This document shows positions 1 to 10,984 of a stretch of 31,691 bases of DNA, in pieces. How positions within the stretch are numbered: position 1 is the stretch's first letter; the number at the start of each line of letters is the position of its first letter. The notes beneath the pieces are model-generated. The model made no database searches. It saw only the letters and a program-made list of their open reading frames with translations, and was not told the origin of the DNA. The stretch is from Cyanophora paradoxa CCMP329 (taxonomy: Eukaryota; Plantae; Glaucophyta), in NCBI GenBank assembly GCA_004431415.1, contig QPMI01000552.1, positions 1 to 31,691 on the forward strand, written 5' to 3'. The translations under genes and the position numbers were made by a program.

Positions 1-994
1 GACGCGGGCGGCCCCCCGATGACGTCGACGCCGGCCCGCCCGGCCCGCCCCCCGACCCGAAGCGGGGTACCCTCCTCTCCTTCTTCTCGCGGGCCCGCCC
101 CGCCCCCGCCTCTTCGTCCTCCTCTTCGCCCACCGCCGCCTCCGCGCCCCGGGCTGTCCCCTCCCCCTCCTCCTCCTCCTCGTCCTCCGCGCCGCCGGCC
201 GGGGCCGGAGCCTCGGCCTCGTCCCGGCTCGCCGGCATCTGGAGGGCGTTCCTGGGCCCCCGGCCGCCCGCCAGCGGCCCCGGGAGGCCCGAAAGGCCCG
301 GGAGGGGTACCGCGCCCGTCATCGACCTCGATGCGGCCGTCGTGGACCTGGAGGGGGACGACGGCGAGGGGGTACAGGAGCCGGAGCCGGAGGGGGACGA
401 GGGGGGGATGGAGGTGGACGGGGGGGAGGAATCGGAGGAGGGGTTCGACCGGGAGGCCTTCATCGCCTCTCAGTTCCAGGTACCCCCCGTGCACCGAAGA
501 TCCCGTACCCCTCCCGCTGAGCGCGCGCCCTCGAAGGTCCGCGAGCTGGCTCCCGATCCTGAGGAGGAGGGGGAGGAGGAGGAGGGGGGGGAGGAGGAGG
601 GGGAGGCGGGGCGGCTCTGGGACGAGGAGTGGGAGGGGGCCGAGGCCGAAGGAAACGCGGCGGCGGCGGCCGAGGGCGGAGGGGGCGAGTCGCCGCCTCG
701 GACGGGTGTGGGGCAGGCGCCGCCCTCGCCCCCGCGGCCCGGCCCCTCGCCGCCGCCTCCGCCGCCCCGCGCCGGCCCCGCCGCCCCGCCGCTGTCATCG
801 ACCTGACGGCCTCCCCGGGGCCCCCGCCCCCGCCCGGCGCCCGCGGGCGGAAGCGGCCGGCAGCCATGGCGGACCCGCCTCCGCGGGCCGCGGGGGATAT
901 CGATGCGGATGCGGAGCGGGAGCGGGGGGGGGCCGGGGCGCCCCGGCAGCGGGCCATCACCTCGTTCTTCACCCCGGGGCCCTTCGCGCCTTAG
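1..994 (+). CDS. 3' part of a host low-complexity Pro/acidic protein ending in SUMO-interacting-like motifs, an NLS-like motif and a PIP box (5' end outside window, frameshifted)
   Basis: Plus-strand frames give VIDLDAAVVDLE (~318-353), an acidic tract (ORF 342-806), then AVIDLT, RKRP and C-terminal RQRAITSFF (QxxIxxFF, PCNA-binding consensus) before the stop at 992-994. Confidence 0.45.
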
Positions 995-1378
995 CCGCCG
1001 GGCCGAACCGTACCGCAGCCGCTTCCGAGCCTAAATTGTTACGGGCCTATAGCTAATACCTGTCCCAGCAATGATCTATAGTGCTAGCCCGTGTCCCAGG
1101 CGCACCGGTAGGCAGAACGCAAGCAGGCAGCTGCAGTGATGATAGTATTAGCGTGTACCCAGACTGAATTTATTTCGAACCAGCCCAACAACGGGTACGG
1201 CATAATTCTGACCATATGACCTAAGAAACGAATAATATTCAATATTATCACGACGGTTAAATTAAAGGCGGGGAAGAATATCGACAAGGTAATTATATAT
1301 TACGACTATAATTACGACTGGTTAAGGCCTCGAGTGGCGACAAGAGAAAGGAGAGGGCGAAGGACAGGAAGCCTGGAC

Positions 1379-3310
1379 TCAGATTTTACAGAACGCAGCC
1401 GAAACTCTGGCGCCTGGCCAGGCGTCCTGCAACAACTGCTTGACGATCCTGTCGTAGCCTTCTTCCTGAGAGTAGAGACGAACATGAAGTACCGGGGACG
1501 TGAATCTGTTGGCGCACGCGCCCAGTTGCTGCTCACGACATTCGCATGAGCGGCGACACTTCTGGAAATATGAATAGCACGGTTGCCGCATTTATGCCGC
1601 ACCTGCAGCGGTCCGATATGTGCGACGGAGCGAAGGTTGCAGCTCACAGATAGAAACTTGAGCTCTGCGCAGAGATGAATGGCATCCGCTTCCGACGCGG
1701 CGAGAGGCCGCCTGACGTGGAGAGCCAATCCCCGAAGCACATGCTTGCATGCGATGAGGAGACTCGAAGCAGCTTCTGCTTCCACGTGCACGCTGCTGTC
1801 TGCGCAAAACAGTCGGTCCAAGGTTCAGGATCGGGCGTAGAGCGAGCGGTGAGCTCGGGGGCGCACTTCGAGGCGTGCCGGTCGAGTCGCCAAGATCGAG
1901 AGATAGCGAAGATAGCTTCGGGCACCCGGCGATGGCCTTCTCGAGCGCTTGGAAGCGTTCGACGGTGCACGCGTCTTTTTCCACTCGCACGTTCACGGTT
2001 CGTAAGCTGGGCGAACGGAAAGCAGCGAGGTCGGAAGGCTGCAGTTCCGGGCGGCTCAGCTGCGAAGCGCGATGAGTGGACGCGAGAGGGAACGTTTGAA
2101 AGGGCTCACATCCATATCAATCTCTTCGAGAAGAGGGAAACGCGCGATGGCCTGTAGAGCCGCGCTGTTGACGGAAAAGAAACTCCTGAGACGATACAGT
2201 TCACAGCCGACGTGAGCAGCAACAGGTGCGAGAGTTGATGGCGGTGGAGAGCACTCACCGAGTACCTTCGGGACTCAAGGCAAACAACAGCGATCGAAGG
2301 GTACTGCAAGCCGAGCCGTCGCGAATCGGCAAGGGAAGAAAGCGCGCTACTGATCTCAGAAGGTTCTGCATGTTCAATGAAAGAGTGCCAGCAGATAACC
2401 ACGTCGCGCAAAGCGGACAGCGGCGCGAGGGCCGCAATCGCCTCGCATTCGTTCAGGCTGGAAGTGGATTGACTGAAGGTTGGGAGGCTGCGGGCGATGG
2501 CCGCTGCTGCTGCGCCGCCTACGGGAAACGCATTCGGCATGAACTCGAGGAACGAACGCTGCACAAAGGCTCCAGGGACGCTTGCAGGTCCCCGGGAGTC
2601 GCCTTTTGGGCGAGTCCAGCGCCGCGAAGGAAGATAACGCGGCCCTTTTTCCCAATTCGGCGGCGGCTCCAGGCGAATGGCAAGCTTCTCCAGGAAACTA
2701 CGCGCCCCACGCTGCGGCCGAAGGGCTGCAAGCGTGCCGAGGATGAAAGCATGCACTATGCTAGCGCTGTTCAGGGTGCTGATATCTGTTCTACGAAGCA
2801 CAAGTCGACTTCCGTCAGGCTGCGCATGCAGCTGCTGTCCTTGTTGCAGGCCGTGAGCACGGCGCAGGCCGATGCGACGAGACTGTAGTTGCGCAAGCTG
2901 TCCGCGCCCATTCTGGCGGCCAACCGCAAACACAGGCGGGCAGCGCTAGCTGCAGCTGCAGGGAGCTTGATCTTCCCGCTCCGGAGCAGCGACGCAGCTG
3001 CTCGAAGTCCGCGGGGTCATTCGACCGCAGCTCGACTTCCTCCACGCTTGCTCTCGATCACGCTCCTCCAACGCCTGCGCGGCGGCGCGGCGTGAGTCGG
3101 CGCGGGCCATGATCAACGCGCGCATCGGCGAGAGGCCCGGCGACGAACCTGCATACTCCTCGAACCGGCCAGGCGGACGCCACGATAACGACTGCAAAAC
3201 GTGGCGAGGACGCCGTCGGGAAGGTCGAGATGGAACGCAGCGCGCGCTCGTCCCGACGTCGTTCGCTGGCGCATCTGCCGTGCTCGTTTTCGCTACACGT
3301 TCCGCGCCAT
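1379..3310 (-). CDS. Host F-box protein with degenerate LRR/RNI-like region (intron-containing, frameshifted)
   Basis: Minus strand reads LDLPDGVLA..LQSLSWR..WPVRGVCR. Removing a GT..ctcac..GCGCAG intron (3075-3148) continues it as RRWRSVIE, an F-box signature. Downstream are LRR-like pieces (AGCPKLSSLSLDL, LKFLSVSC). Ends are inferred. Confidence 0.6.
3075..3148 (-). other. Spliceosomal intron (74 nt) in the F-box gene
   Basis: GTTCGT donor, CTCAC branch-like site, GCGCAG acceptor; splicing restores the VCRRW F-box motif. Confidence 0.7.
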
Positions 3311-3418
3311 CGTTCGCGTTCGATTCCCGCGCTCTGGCTGGTTGTATTTGCTACTGTACCTCGAATCCTCCGTTGCAACTAGCCGTCTTGAAATTCGATC
3401 GGCACTCAGCGGGCCCGC

Positions 3419-5620
3419 ATGGCGTCGCTGGAGTCCCCTTGAGCTGTGCTTGAGCCGCGCCGGCTTGAGCTGTGCGCCCGCTGCGCATTGAACGCGACCC
3501 GCGGCCGCACCACGCCTCTGCGCAAGCGGCAGCGCAGAGAGCAGCTGGAGTTCGGGATACGCAGGAAGCTTGAGCTGGAGGGCCGCATAAGCGTCGCCCG
3601 CGTCGACACGCTCGGCAGGTCCGTGCTGCTAGCCGCTGAAGTCACACGCCGCTGAGTGTGCAGCAGCTGATGCGCTCACTGGAGGAGATTCTGGTATCGC
3701 CAAAGCTCGCAACGAGAGCATGCGCGCAAGCTGGACGACATAACGAACTCGCTGCAGGCGGTGCGCACGCTTCGAGCACAACGCAGGCGCTACCTGCCCG
3801 CATCACGCCTGCTGCGCGCAGATGTCGAAGGATACGCAGCTGAAGCTTCAAAGATCCTCCGTGGAGCACTTCAAGGCTCGCACCCGCCGGCAAAGCTGCC
3901 AATCACTCAATTGTTGCTGACAGGCGACCACGCAGGCGGACTACTTCGCGCGGATGAAGAGCTGGTGGCCGCAGTGGCGCGAGGAGGTCGAGCGACACAA
4001 GGCCGCGCCCGCCGCGGCTCCACGCTATCGTAGCTAAGAGAAGGGGGCGCAGATCCGACAGGTGCACGAGTACGAGACGGAGGCGGCGCGGGCAGAAGCG
4101 CGGCGGCGACTGGCGAGCGTCACTTTCGAGAAGGAACGCGTCCTGGCCGAGACCATCGCGAAGCGGGTGCCGGCCCCGCCCAGCGTATCTTTTGGCCGCC
4201 GCCAACGCCGCCGCAGAAGCAGCAGCTCCAGGCGGTGCAGGAGGCGGAGGGCGAGAAGCCATCGCGCGCGAGGTCGAGCGCAGGCGGCTCGACGAGGATG
4301 GTTCGTCAGCGGATCCTCTCCCTCGCCGCCGCCCGCCGATGCGGCGCAGCGAAGGAGATGGAGCGGGCGCTGGGGGACGCGGCGCGGGAAGAGATGCGCG
4401 CGCGGCGGAGAAGGCGCTCGAGGAGGCCACGAGCACCACCGCGAGCGCATGGGTTCGAATCCCGCGGGCCTCCGCGAGGCTGACGCGCGCCCCGCCGCGG
4501 CGGCAGGCCGGATACAGAGGACCTGAGGCGCTGATGGGCGGACGCGCGACGAGCACGAGCGGCGGGCGAGGCGGACGCGGCGCGCGGTGGCGGCAGGCGG
4601 AGCTCCTGCAGACGGCGGAGGCCGTCCTCCGGTTCGAAGCCCGCGGGCCGCTTCCGCCGGGGCCGACGGGGGCGGCGGCGGCAGGAGGCGACGCGGCGGT
4701 GCGCGGCAGGCGGCGTCGCCGTCGGCGCGGGACTCGCTGGCGCGGGACCTCGCCGCCGCCCGCGCCGAGCTCGGCGACTCGTACAGGGCCGACGAGCCGT
4801 CCGTCGTGCGCGCCGGCGCCCTCAGATGGGCCCTCCGCGTGCCACGGCCCGCAGATGGACCCGACGAGAGCGCGGCGGCCGGCGGGGCGGGCGTGGGCGC
4901 GTGGGCTCGCCGGGCGTGCCGGGCCCGAGCCTGCAGACGCGCGGGCGCGGAGGAGCGGCGCAGGGCCGGCGACCTCGTCGACGCCGAGCGCGACGGTGCG
5001 CGGTTCGGCGGGCGGGCGGGCGCGCCGCCGACGGGGCCGGGGGGGGGGCAGGTGGAGGGCGCGATCGCGCGAAGCGGCGGAGCTGCTGCAGAAGAGCGGG
5101 AGCACAGGCGCTGCTGAAGCGGTGCCGGCGCCCGCCCGCCCCGACGGGCCGGCGCTGAGCGGGGCCCGCGCCGGGGCCGGCAGCTGCGGGAGAGCGAGGA
5201 GCGGGAGGCGAAAGTGCGGCCGGAGCTGAAGGAGCGGGCGGAGCGCGAGGCGCGGATCCGGCAGGAGGCGCGCCGCGGCCTTTCGCCGCGCCCGCCGCTC
5301 TGAGCGCGCAGCAGATGGAGCGCGGCGGGGGTGCGCCGGGAGCCCCGGGCCAGCAGGTGCCGTAACCCCGGCAGCTCCCTCCCTCCTGCCCCCCCGCGCC
5401 GCCGACGGGGGCGGCAGCGCGGCGGGGTCGTGCCGTCGCCGGACGCGCGGCGGCGGCCCCCGCCCGAGCTCCGCGTGGAGGAGTTCGTCGCAGAGGGCCA
5501 CGCGAGCGCGCCGAGGGTGCGCGCCGCGCCGCCGCGGGCGGCGCGGCTGTCTCACGGGGGCGGCGGCGGCAGAGCGGGACCGGCGGGCGGCAGAGGCGGA
5601 TGAGGCGGAGCGCAGGCGGG

Positions 5621-5652
<32 letters not shown>

Positions 5653-6035
5653 AGGCGGAGGGGAGCGGCGGCGGCGGGAGAAGGCGGAGCGGAGGCGGAG
5701 CGGCTGCGGCAGGCGCAGGCGCAGCAGCTCGCGCTCCTCCAGGACCGCCAGCGGAAGCTCCAGGCCCAGGCCCGCCGCCCGCCCGCCGCCCGGCCCGCGC
5801 GGCCCAGCCGGCTGACGGGGCGGCAGCTGGAGGGGAGCGGGAGGCGCAGCGGGCGGCGGCGCGGCAGGTCGAGCACGAGCGGCAGCTCGCGCGCAGCGCG
5901 TCGAGGTCCGCGCCCGGCCGCTCGGGGCCGGGCGGGCGGCGGTCCTCACGATCCGCAGGAGAGCGCCGGCGGGCCGCCGAGCAGGAGCAGCGCCGCCGCG
6001 CGGCGGAGGCGGCCGCCGCGGCCCACAGCTCCGGG
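3419..6035 (+). CDS. Host multi-exon Ala/Glu/Arg-rich coiled-coil protein of unknown function (boundaries approximate)
   Basis: ATG at 3419 is divergent from the F-box gene. Plus-strand segments such as EKERVLAETIAKR, AKEMERALGDAAREE and EAERLRQAQAQQLALLQ are separated by short GC-rich GT..ctgac/ctcac..CAG introns (e.g. 4453-4506, ~5906-5958). Confidence 0.45.
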
Positions 6036-6934
6036 TCCGTCTTCCCGATCTCTTCCCGGACTCGCGGTCGCGCCCGCCGCCGGCTTGCTAGCGCTGAGCC
6101 TGCGTCTCCTTCTGGTTCCCTCCTGCGGTCCGCCGGGCTGGGGCCTCCGGCCCTTGTCTTTGGTGCAGAGCCACCGCCTCCCGTTTGCATCCGTTCGATC
6201 TTGTAGTTTAGTTCGATCTGGTTCAAATTCTGATCGTAGTGTTGATGCTAGCGTTAGTTTTAGGATTAGTCCTCGTGCTCGACCTGTCGTTCGCCGTCGT
6301 TCGCCTGTCGTTCGGCGCTGGCCGGCTTTGTGATCCCTTTGACTGTCCTTCAATTTTGCCTGCTCTTGATCTGCCCTTATCCGCTTTCTGTGTTCTCTTC
6401 GAGCTGTAGCTCTGTTCTTTGCATCGTCCCCTTCGCCTCACCTCCTCTTTGCCTTGTTGTTTTCTTACCTGTCTGCTTCCTGTCATTTATCTGTCTCACT
6501 TCCGTCTCGTCCGGTAGTCTCATTTCCGAAGTTCCGCATGTTCGTGATGTGGTTTCCTTAGATGTTGATGGTAACTCTAGTTCTTCTTCGAGTCTTTCAT
6601 CCTCTGTAGATCATCTGCATCCTCTGTAGCATGTCGTGTCTTATAGATCTGTCGACGTCTCTGTGTCTTTCTTCTTTTACTAAGTTTATTGTCGGTTTTG
6701 GGCTCTTTGTCTTATCTTTCTTCGTGCTCTTGAACATGTCTTAGTTACTTTGCTTCTGCAAATTCTGTCACAAATTCTGAGCCCGGCCTGGGCTGCTGGG
6801 CTCCGGCTCTGGGCAGCCCCCGCAGTGCTGTCGGTTTCACAGTGTCAATTAGATGAATTTAGATCAAACACTGGCACACACAGTGTCACGGCACCGTGCT
6901 GGTGTCTAGATACTACTACCTAGATACTACTTTT

Positions 6935-6994
6935 GGCGCGTAATTTGGTACCGCGTTAGTTAAAGTGCCCGCGGTACTTAAGTGCTTTACGGTA
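6935..6994. mobile_element. Solo right end of the same pogo/Tigger-like MITE family as 8005-8263
   Basis: GCGCGTAATTTGGTACCGCG...CGCGGTA..TAAGTG..TTACGGTA closely matches 8207-8265. Confidence 0.55.
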
Positions 6995-7349
6995 TGATAC
7001 TGTGCGCATGCAGTGTTCACGTGCACGTGGCCGATAAATTGCGGTAATTCACCAAAAACCAAAACATTTAACGGTTCAGCCTCTCAAAAACAAGTTTAGT
7101 TTTTTTTTGGTGAATTCGCGGCTATGCATATGTGTGCTGGCACAGTGCTGCATATATATTTATAGTACTAAAAGTTTAGCCCTGCGATTAATATTCGGGC
7201 CGGGTAGCTGCTAAAGTGGTAGTATTGGCGTCAATTTGGCGAAGTATACGTACTTATTATTATTTTGCTGCGCTATAAATCAACTAATTTGACACTACTA
7301 GCCAACTAGTACGGCGGGTCGACCGTCTACGTCTGCTCGCTGAGCCTCG

Positions 7350-7985
7350 CTCTGGTTCGAATTCCGAAGTTCGCCTTTTTCTGCGCCTTCGAATTCTGAT
7401 TCTGACTCGTCGGCGGTCGAGGGCGAATTGCCGAATCCGCGCTTGTTTTCACCAACCGCTGAAACTCTGCCAACTGCAATACACGAAATACCTTGGAGAA
7501 AAATGAAACAAGAAAAAGAGTTTTTGCATTCGATCGGGAACTTCGGAAGCTCTCCGCGGCCGGCGGGCCGCCGGGCCGGGCCGGCCGCGGGACGGAAATC
7601 CGGCCAGCCGAAAATCGCCGAAAGATCCGAATTTCGGCCGAATTTCGGCAATCTCCATCCGAATTTCGGCCGAAAGAGAATAAAATAATTAATACAATAT
7701 TCGGAATATCGATATTTCGGCCGTTCAAGTGGGGGTTGGGGTTCGCCGCGCGGGGCACGCGGCGGGGGCCGGGGCGGGACTGGCTAACTTCGTCCGTAGG
7801 CACTGCTAGACACACTAGTAGGCCGTCTGTCTTGAATTAAAGGGACTGTGCATGCATGTACATGTTATTACGACTTCCGGAGGCGGGGACATACCGAAAT
7901 TTCGGCCGAATTTCGGCGAATTTCGGCGGGCCGATTTCGAAATTCGGCGCTCCAAAATTCGAATTTCCGAAATTCGGCAACCCTA
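7350..7985. repeat. Array of CCGAAAT/ATTTCGG motifs ending in GGCAACCCTA; probable non-autonomous DNA transposon end (hAT-like)
   Basis: Many copies of GAATTTCGGC/CCGAAAT in both orientations. The terminus is the reverse complement of TAGGGTTGCC. No matching left end was found. Confidence 0.4.
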
Positions 7986-8004
7986 TCCGGGACCCGATCT
8001 ACTA

Positions 8005-8263
8005 CCGTGTGGCACTAAATTACCGCGGCATAAATTACCGCGTTAGAAACTCCGGCCCAAGGGCCAAGGGTGGCCAAAATACCGCGGTACCAAATTACCG
8101 CGTTTTAAAAAACTTGAGGCTTGTATCGGGCGGAATCTCAGGGGGTGGGCGACTTCGCAGGAGACAAATACCGCGGTACCAAATTACGCGTTTTAACAAA
8201 TTCTCGGCGCGGTAATTTGGTACCGCGGTAATTAAGTGGGCGCGGTATTTATGTGTTCTACGG
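8005..8263. mobile_element. pogo/Tigger-like MITE
   Basis: TA|CCGT...ACGG|TA termini with TA at 8003-8004 and 8264-8265, imperfect TIRs, and internal AAAT(T)ACCGCG repeats in both orientations. Confidence 0.65.
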
Positions 8264-8658
8264 TAGACAACTCAGCCGCCACTGGCCCGCCAGTGCCCGC
8301 CAGCGGCCCGGCCCCAGCTGCAGCCTGCAGACCGCCGCGCGCGCGGCCCGCGGCCGCCACTGCATGGCCCATTAAATAATATTGTCATTGGCCAGTACTC
8401 GTGGGCTAGAGTTTCAGTTAACGTTTCAGAGTCTGCGGCGCCGGCCTGGCAAAAATAGGGGAATTTCCCGCGGAAATGTCGGACCTCGTGAAAAAAGCCT
8501 AATTTTATGTCGGCCGCGGTCCGTTAGACGGACCGGGACGTCGACGTCAGCCGCACGTGCACCACGGACCACGGTCCACGGACCACGGGCCACGGCCCGC
8601 ACGGTCATGCAGCGACTCAGCGCTATATACCCCGGTACACGCGGGGTGACGCGGTATA

Positions 8659-9091
8659 CTGTCATGTCATTAAGTTAGGCGTCGTTTTAGTTAGAAGTTT
8701 GCCCGCCCTCGAGGCTCGTGATAGACGTTCACAAAGATAGACGAATGAATTACGATAGACGAGGGGGGGACCCCCCCCCTGGCGCGCAGCGCCAGGCGAC
8801 GGGGCTGGCGGGGCTCTACAGCTGCGAAATCGAGGTGCGGAGGGAGCCCAGGCCGCACTCCTGCCACGAGGCGACCCGACGGTCTTGTTGTTGGCGCGAC
8901 CCGCTGCCTGTGCTGCTGTGCTGCTGTGCAGCACGCATGCGCGACGCGTACGTCGACGTCGACGCGCGCCGGCCGGCGCCGGCGCCGCGCGACTAAGTCC
9001 GGGACCAATAGGAAAGGTTTTAGTTAGACGAGTACCCACCCTCGTCTATCCGCGCCTATCATTGTGTACGCCTAACTTTGTGACATGACAG
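8659..9091. mobile_element. Tc1/mariner-like MITE
   Basis: 24-bp TIRs CTGTCATGTCATTAAGTTAGGCGT (8659-8682) and ACGCCTAACTTTGTGACATGACAG (9068-9091), 22/24 match, flanked by TA on both sides. Confidence 0.75.
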
Positions 9092-9232
9092 TATACGTAG
9101 CGCGTTGACTCAGCGAGTCGCCGCCGACTCGCCGGTGACTCGGCGGTGACATCACTGACATTTACATTTTTCGCGCCACGCGTGCATGATAGAACCCAGT
9201 GACCAATGGGGTTCCCCCTAATGGGGCGGTTA

Positions 9233-9480
9233 TAATAATTATACGAATATCCGACAACGTTTAGTTTCATCTATATTCGCCAGACCCTCGCGCTGGCGAA
9301 TATTTGACGCTGGCGAATTAAGCCTCTGTATTGAGAGAGGGGTAGTAGCGGCTGACCCCTCTGCGGAGAAGTCGCGGGGTGGCCCCGGGTGGCGAAATCA
9401 AGACGCTCGCAGATTAATTTTCGCCAGGGGTTTCGGTTTTTGGCGAATTAAAGTGCTGGCGGATATTCGTACGTTTACAG
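9233..9480. mobile_element. Degenerate pogo-like MITE
   Basis: The right end CGGATATTCGTACGTTTACAG|TA pairs imperfectly with left TACGAATATCCG; internal TGGCGAA/TTCGCCA repeats. Confidence 0.45.
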
Positions 9481-9852
9481 TATCTCCGGAATGATGCGGC
9501 GGAATCCGGATCCTGTGTGTGTGTACTTTGCATATATGATAGAATCGAGTATATACTGTACGCTTGAGCGTCCGTCCGGACTCCGGACTCCGGACTCCGG
9601 AGTCCGGACTCGGGATTCGGGATTGAGAAATCGATATCCGATGATCGACATGCATCACTGAATCATGGCATGGCCAATTAAAATATTGCGGTACGTGCCC
9701 GACGGTCCGACGGTCGCGCCGCGCGCGCGATCGCGACTCGCGCGCTGCGCATGCATATATGCATGCATATGATGCATGCCAAGCAGCCATGGCCAACCAC
9801 GCGCGCCCGCGGCCGGCGGCCGGCGCCAGGCATTGCGCCAGCGCCTGTTGTA

Positions 9853-10140
9853 CCGTGTAACACATAAATACTAGTACTGGACCCACTTAATTAACAGAGT
9901 CCCAAATCATGGAATTAACAAACCGAAAGTTTGACATAGTCTGTTAATTTGGGACTCTGCTAATTCACTGCTGTCAGTCACCTCATACTATCTACCCCCA
10001 AAATTACGGCCTCATACAAGCCTAAATTTGCATGATCTGTTAATTTGGATTCTGTTATTTCGCCAAAGGGAGGCCAGACTCTGAGATTAACCTGTTAATT
10101 AACGGACTGTTAATTTAGTGTTACACCGTTAGTTACACGG
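9853..10140. mobile_element. pogo/Tigger-like MITE
   Basis: TA|CCGTGTAAC ... GTTACACGG|TA termini, with internal CTGTTAATT/TTAACAG repeats. Confidence 0.65.
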
Positions 10141-10628
10141 TATACGTACCGATCCGGATCCTCCGACTCGGCGATCATCGGATGATTCGGATCCCGATTC
10201 CCGATTGCCCGAATTCGAATCAGCCCGAGTCACTGGAGTCAGTAGAGACTCAGTACTAGTGGCGGGTCCGACGGTCACTGGCCATATATATGCATGGCGC
10301 CGGCGACGTCGACTCTGCCGGCGCAAGTCACTGCCGAGTCAGTGCCGACGTCGACCCTTTGCGAAGAACCCACCCCACTGGGCCACTGGGCCAGCTGCAG
10401 AAAACCTCGTAGGAGTCATAGCGTAGGGCCGTAGGCTACTATATAGCTATATCTAGCTAGTAGTCCTTCTAGTCCGACGGCCGCGGCCAGACCTGAGAGG
10501 CTGAGAGCCTGAGACTCTGATCATGAGACGTCGACGCACGGCGCGGCGACGGCGGCGGTAGCGGCAGCAGCAGCAGCAGCACTGCAGCAGAAGAAGCAGC
10601 ACGCGCACTGCAGCTGCGGCATGTCATC

Positions 10629-10705
10629 ATCACACATATGAATATTCATATTTTAATCCTCGGCGTTCCGCTCAGGATTAAAATATGAATATTCATATGT
10701 GTGAT
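10629..10705. repeat. Terminal hairpin: perfect 32-bp inverted repeat with 13-nt centre
   Basis: ATCACACATATGAATATTCATATTTTAATCCT (10629-10660) / CGGCGTTCCGCTC / AGGATTAAAATATGAATATTCATATGTGTGAT (10674-10705). Confidence 0.95.
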
Positions 10706-10929
10706 TCGATGTTATATCAATAAAATCGATTAATTTATTTGAATTTTCACCTGAATTTTCATATTTTTACATGCATTTTCAATTAATTTAATCGATGTTA
10801 TATCGATAAACTCGATTAATCGATATTGTATCTTAATTGTAGTTAATCGAATTATATCAATAACTTCGATTGATCTTAATTGAATCCTAAATGAATCTAA
10901 TCGGAATTATATCAATAAATTCGATTAAA
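10706..10929. repeat. Four subterminal ~28-bp direct repeats, TCG..TTATATCRATAA..TCGATT
   Basis: Copies at ~10706-10734, 10792-10820, 10847-10874 and 10901-10929. Confidence 0.8.
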
Positions 10930-10984
10930 TCATGTTCTTTTCCGATTAAATCAATTAAATATTTAACTTTGTTATCAGAAGTGG

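Noticed and set aside
4440-4475. GGTTCGAATCCC, a tRNA T-loop/B-box-like motif
   Set aside because: No D arm, anticodon arm or acceptor stem can be built; it coincides with a probable intron donor at 4453.
19-6226. Long Arg/Pro/Ala/Gly-rich ORFs (e.g. 19-1056, 3903-5876, 4192-5229, 4822-5949)
   Set aside because: Stop-poor shadow frames of very GC-rich DNA; the plausible coding frames are different and intron-split.
7298-10426. ORFs across the MITE cluster
   Set aside because: They translate repeats and TIRs; no DDE/DDD transposase motifs were seen.
1-10625. Naming the host species
   Set aside because: Short GC-rich introns and F-box/LRR genes suggest a GC-rich alga or protist, but there is no marker gene to support an identification.
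10600-10630. Target-site duplication and exact left boundary
   Set aside because: Cannot be defined without the right end.
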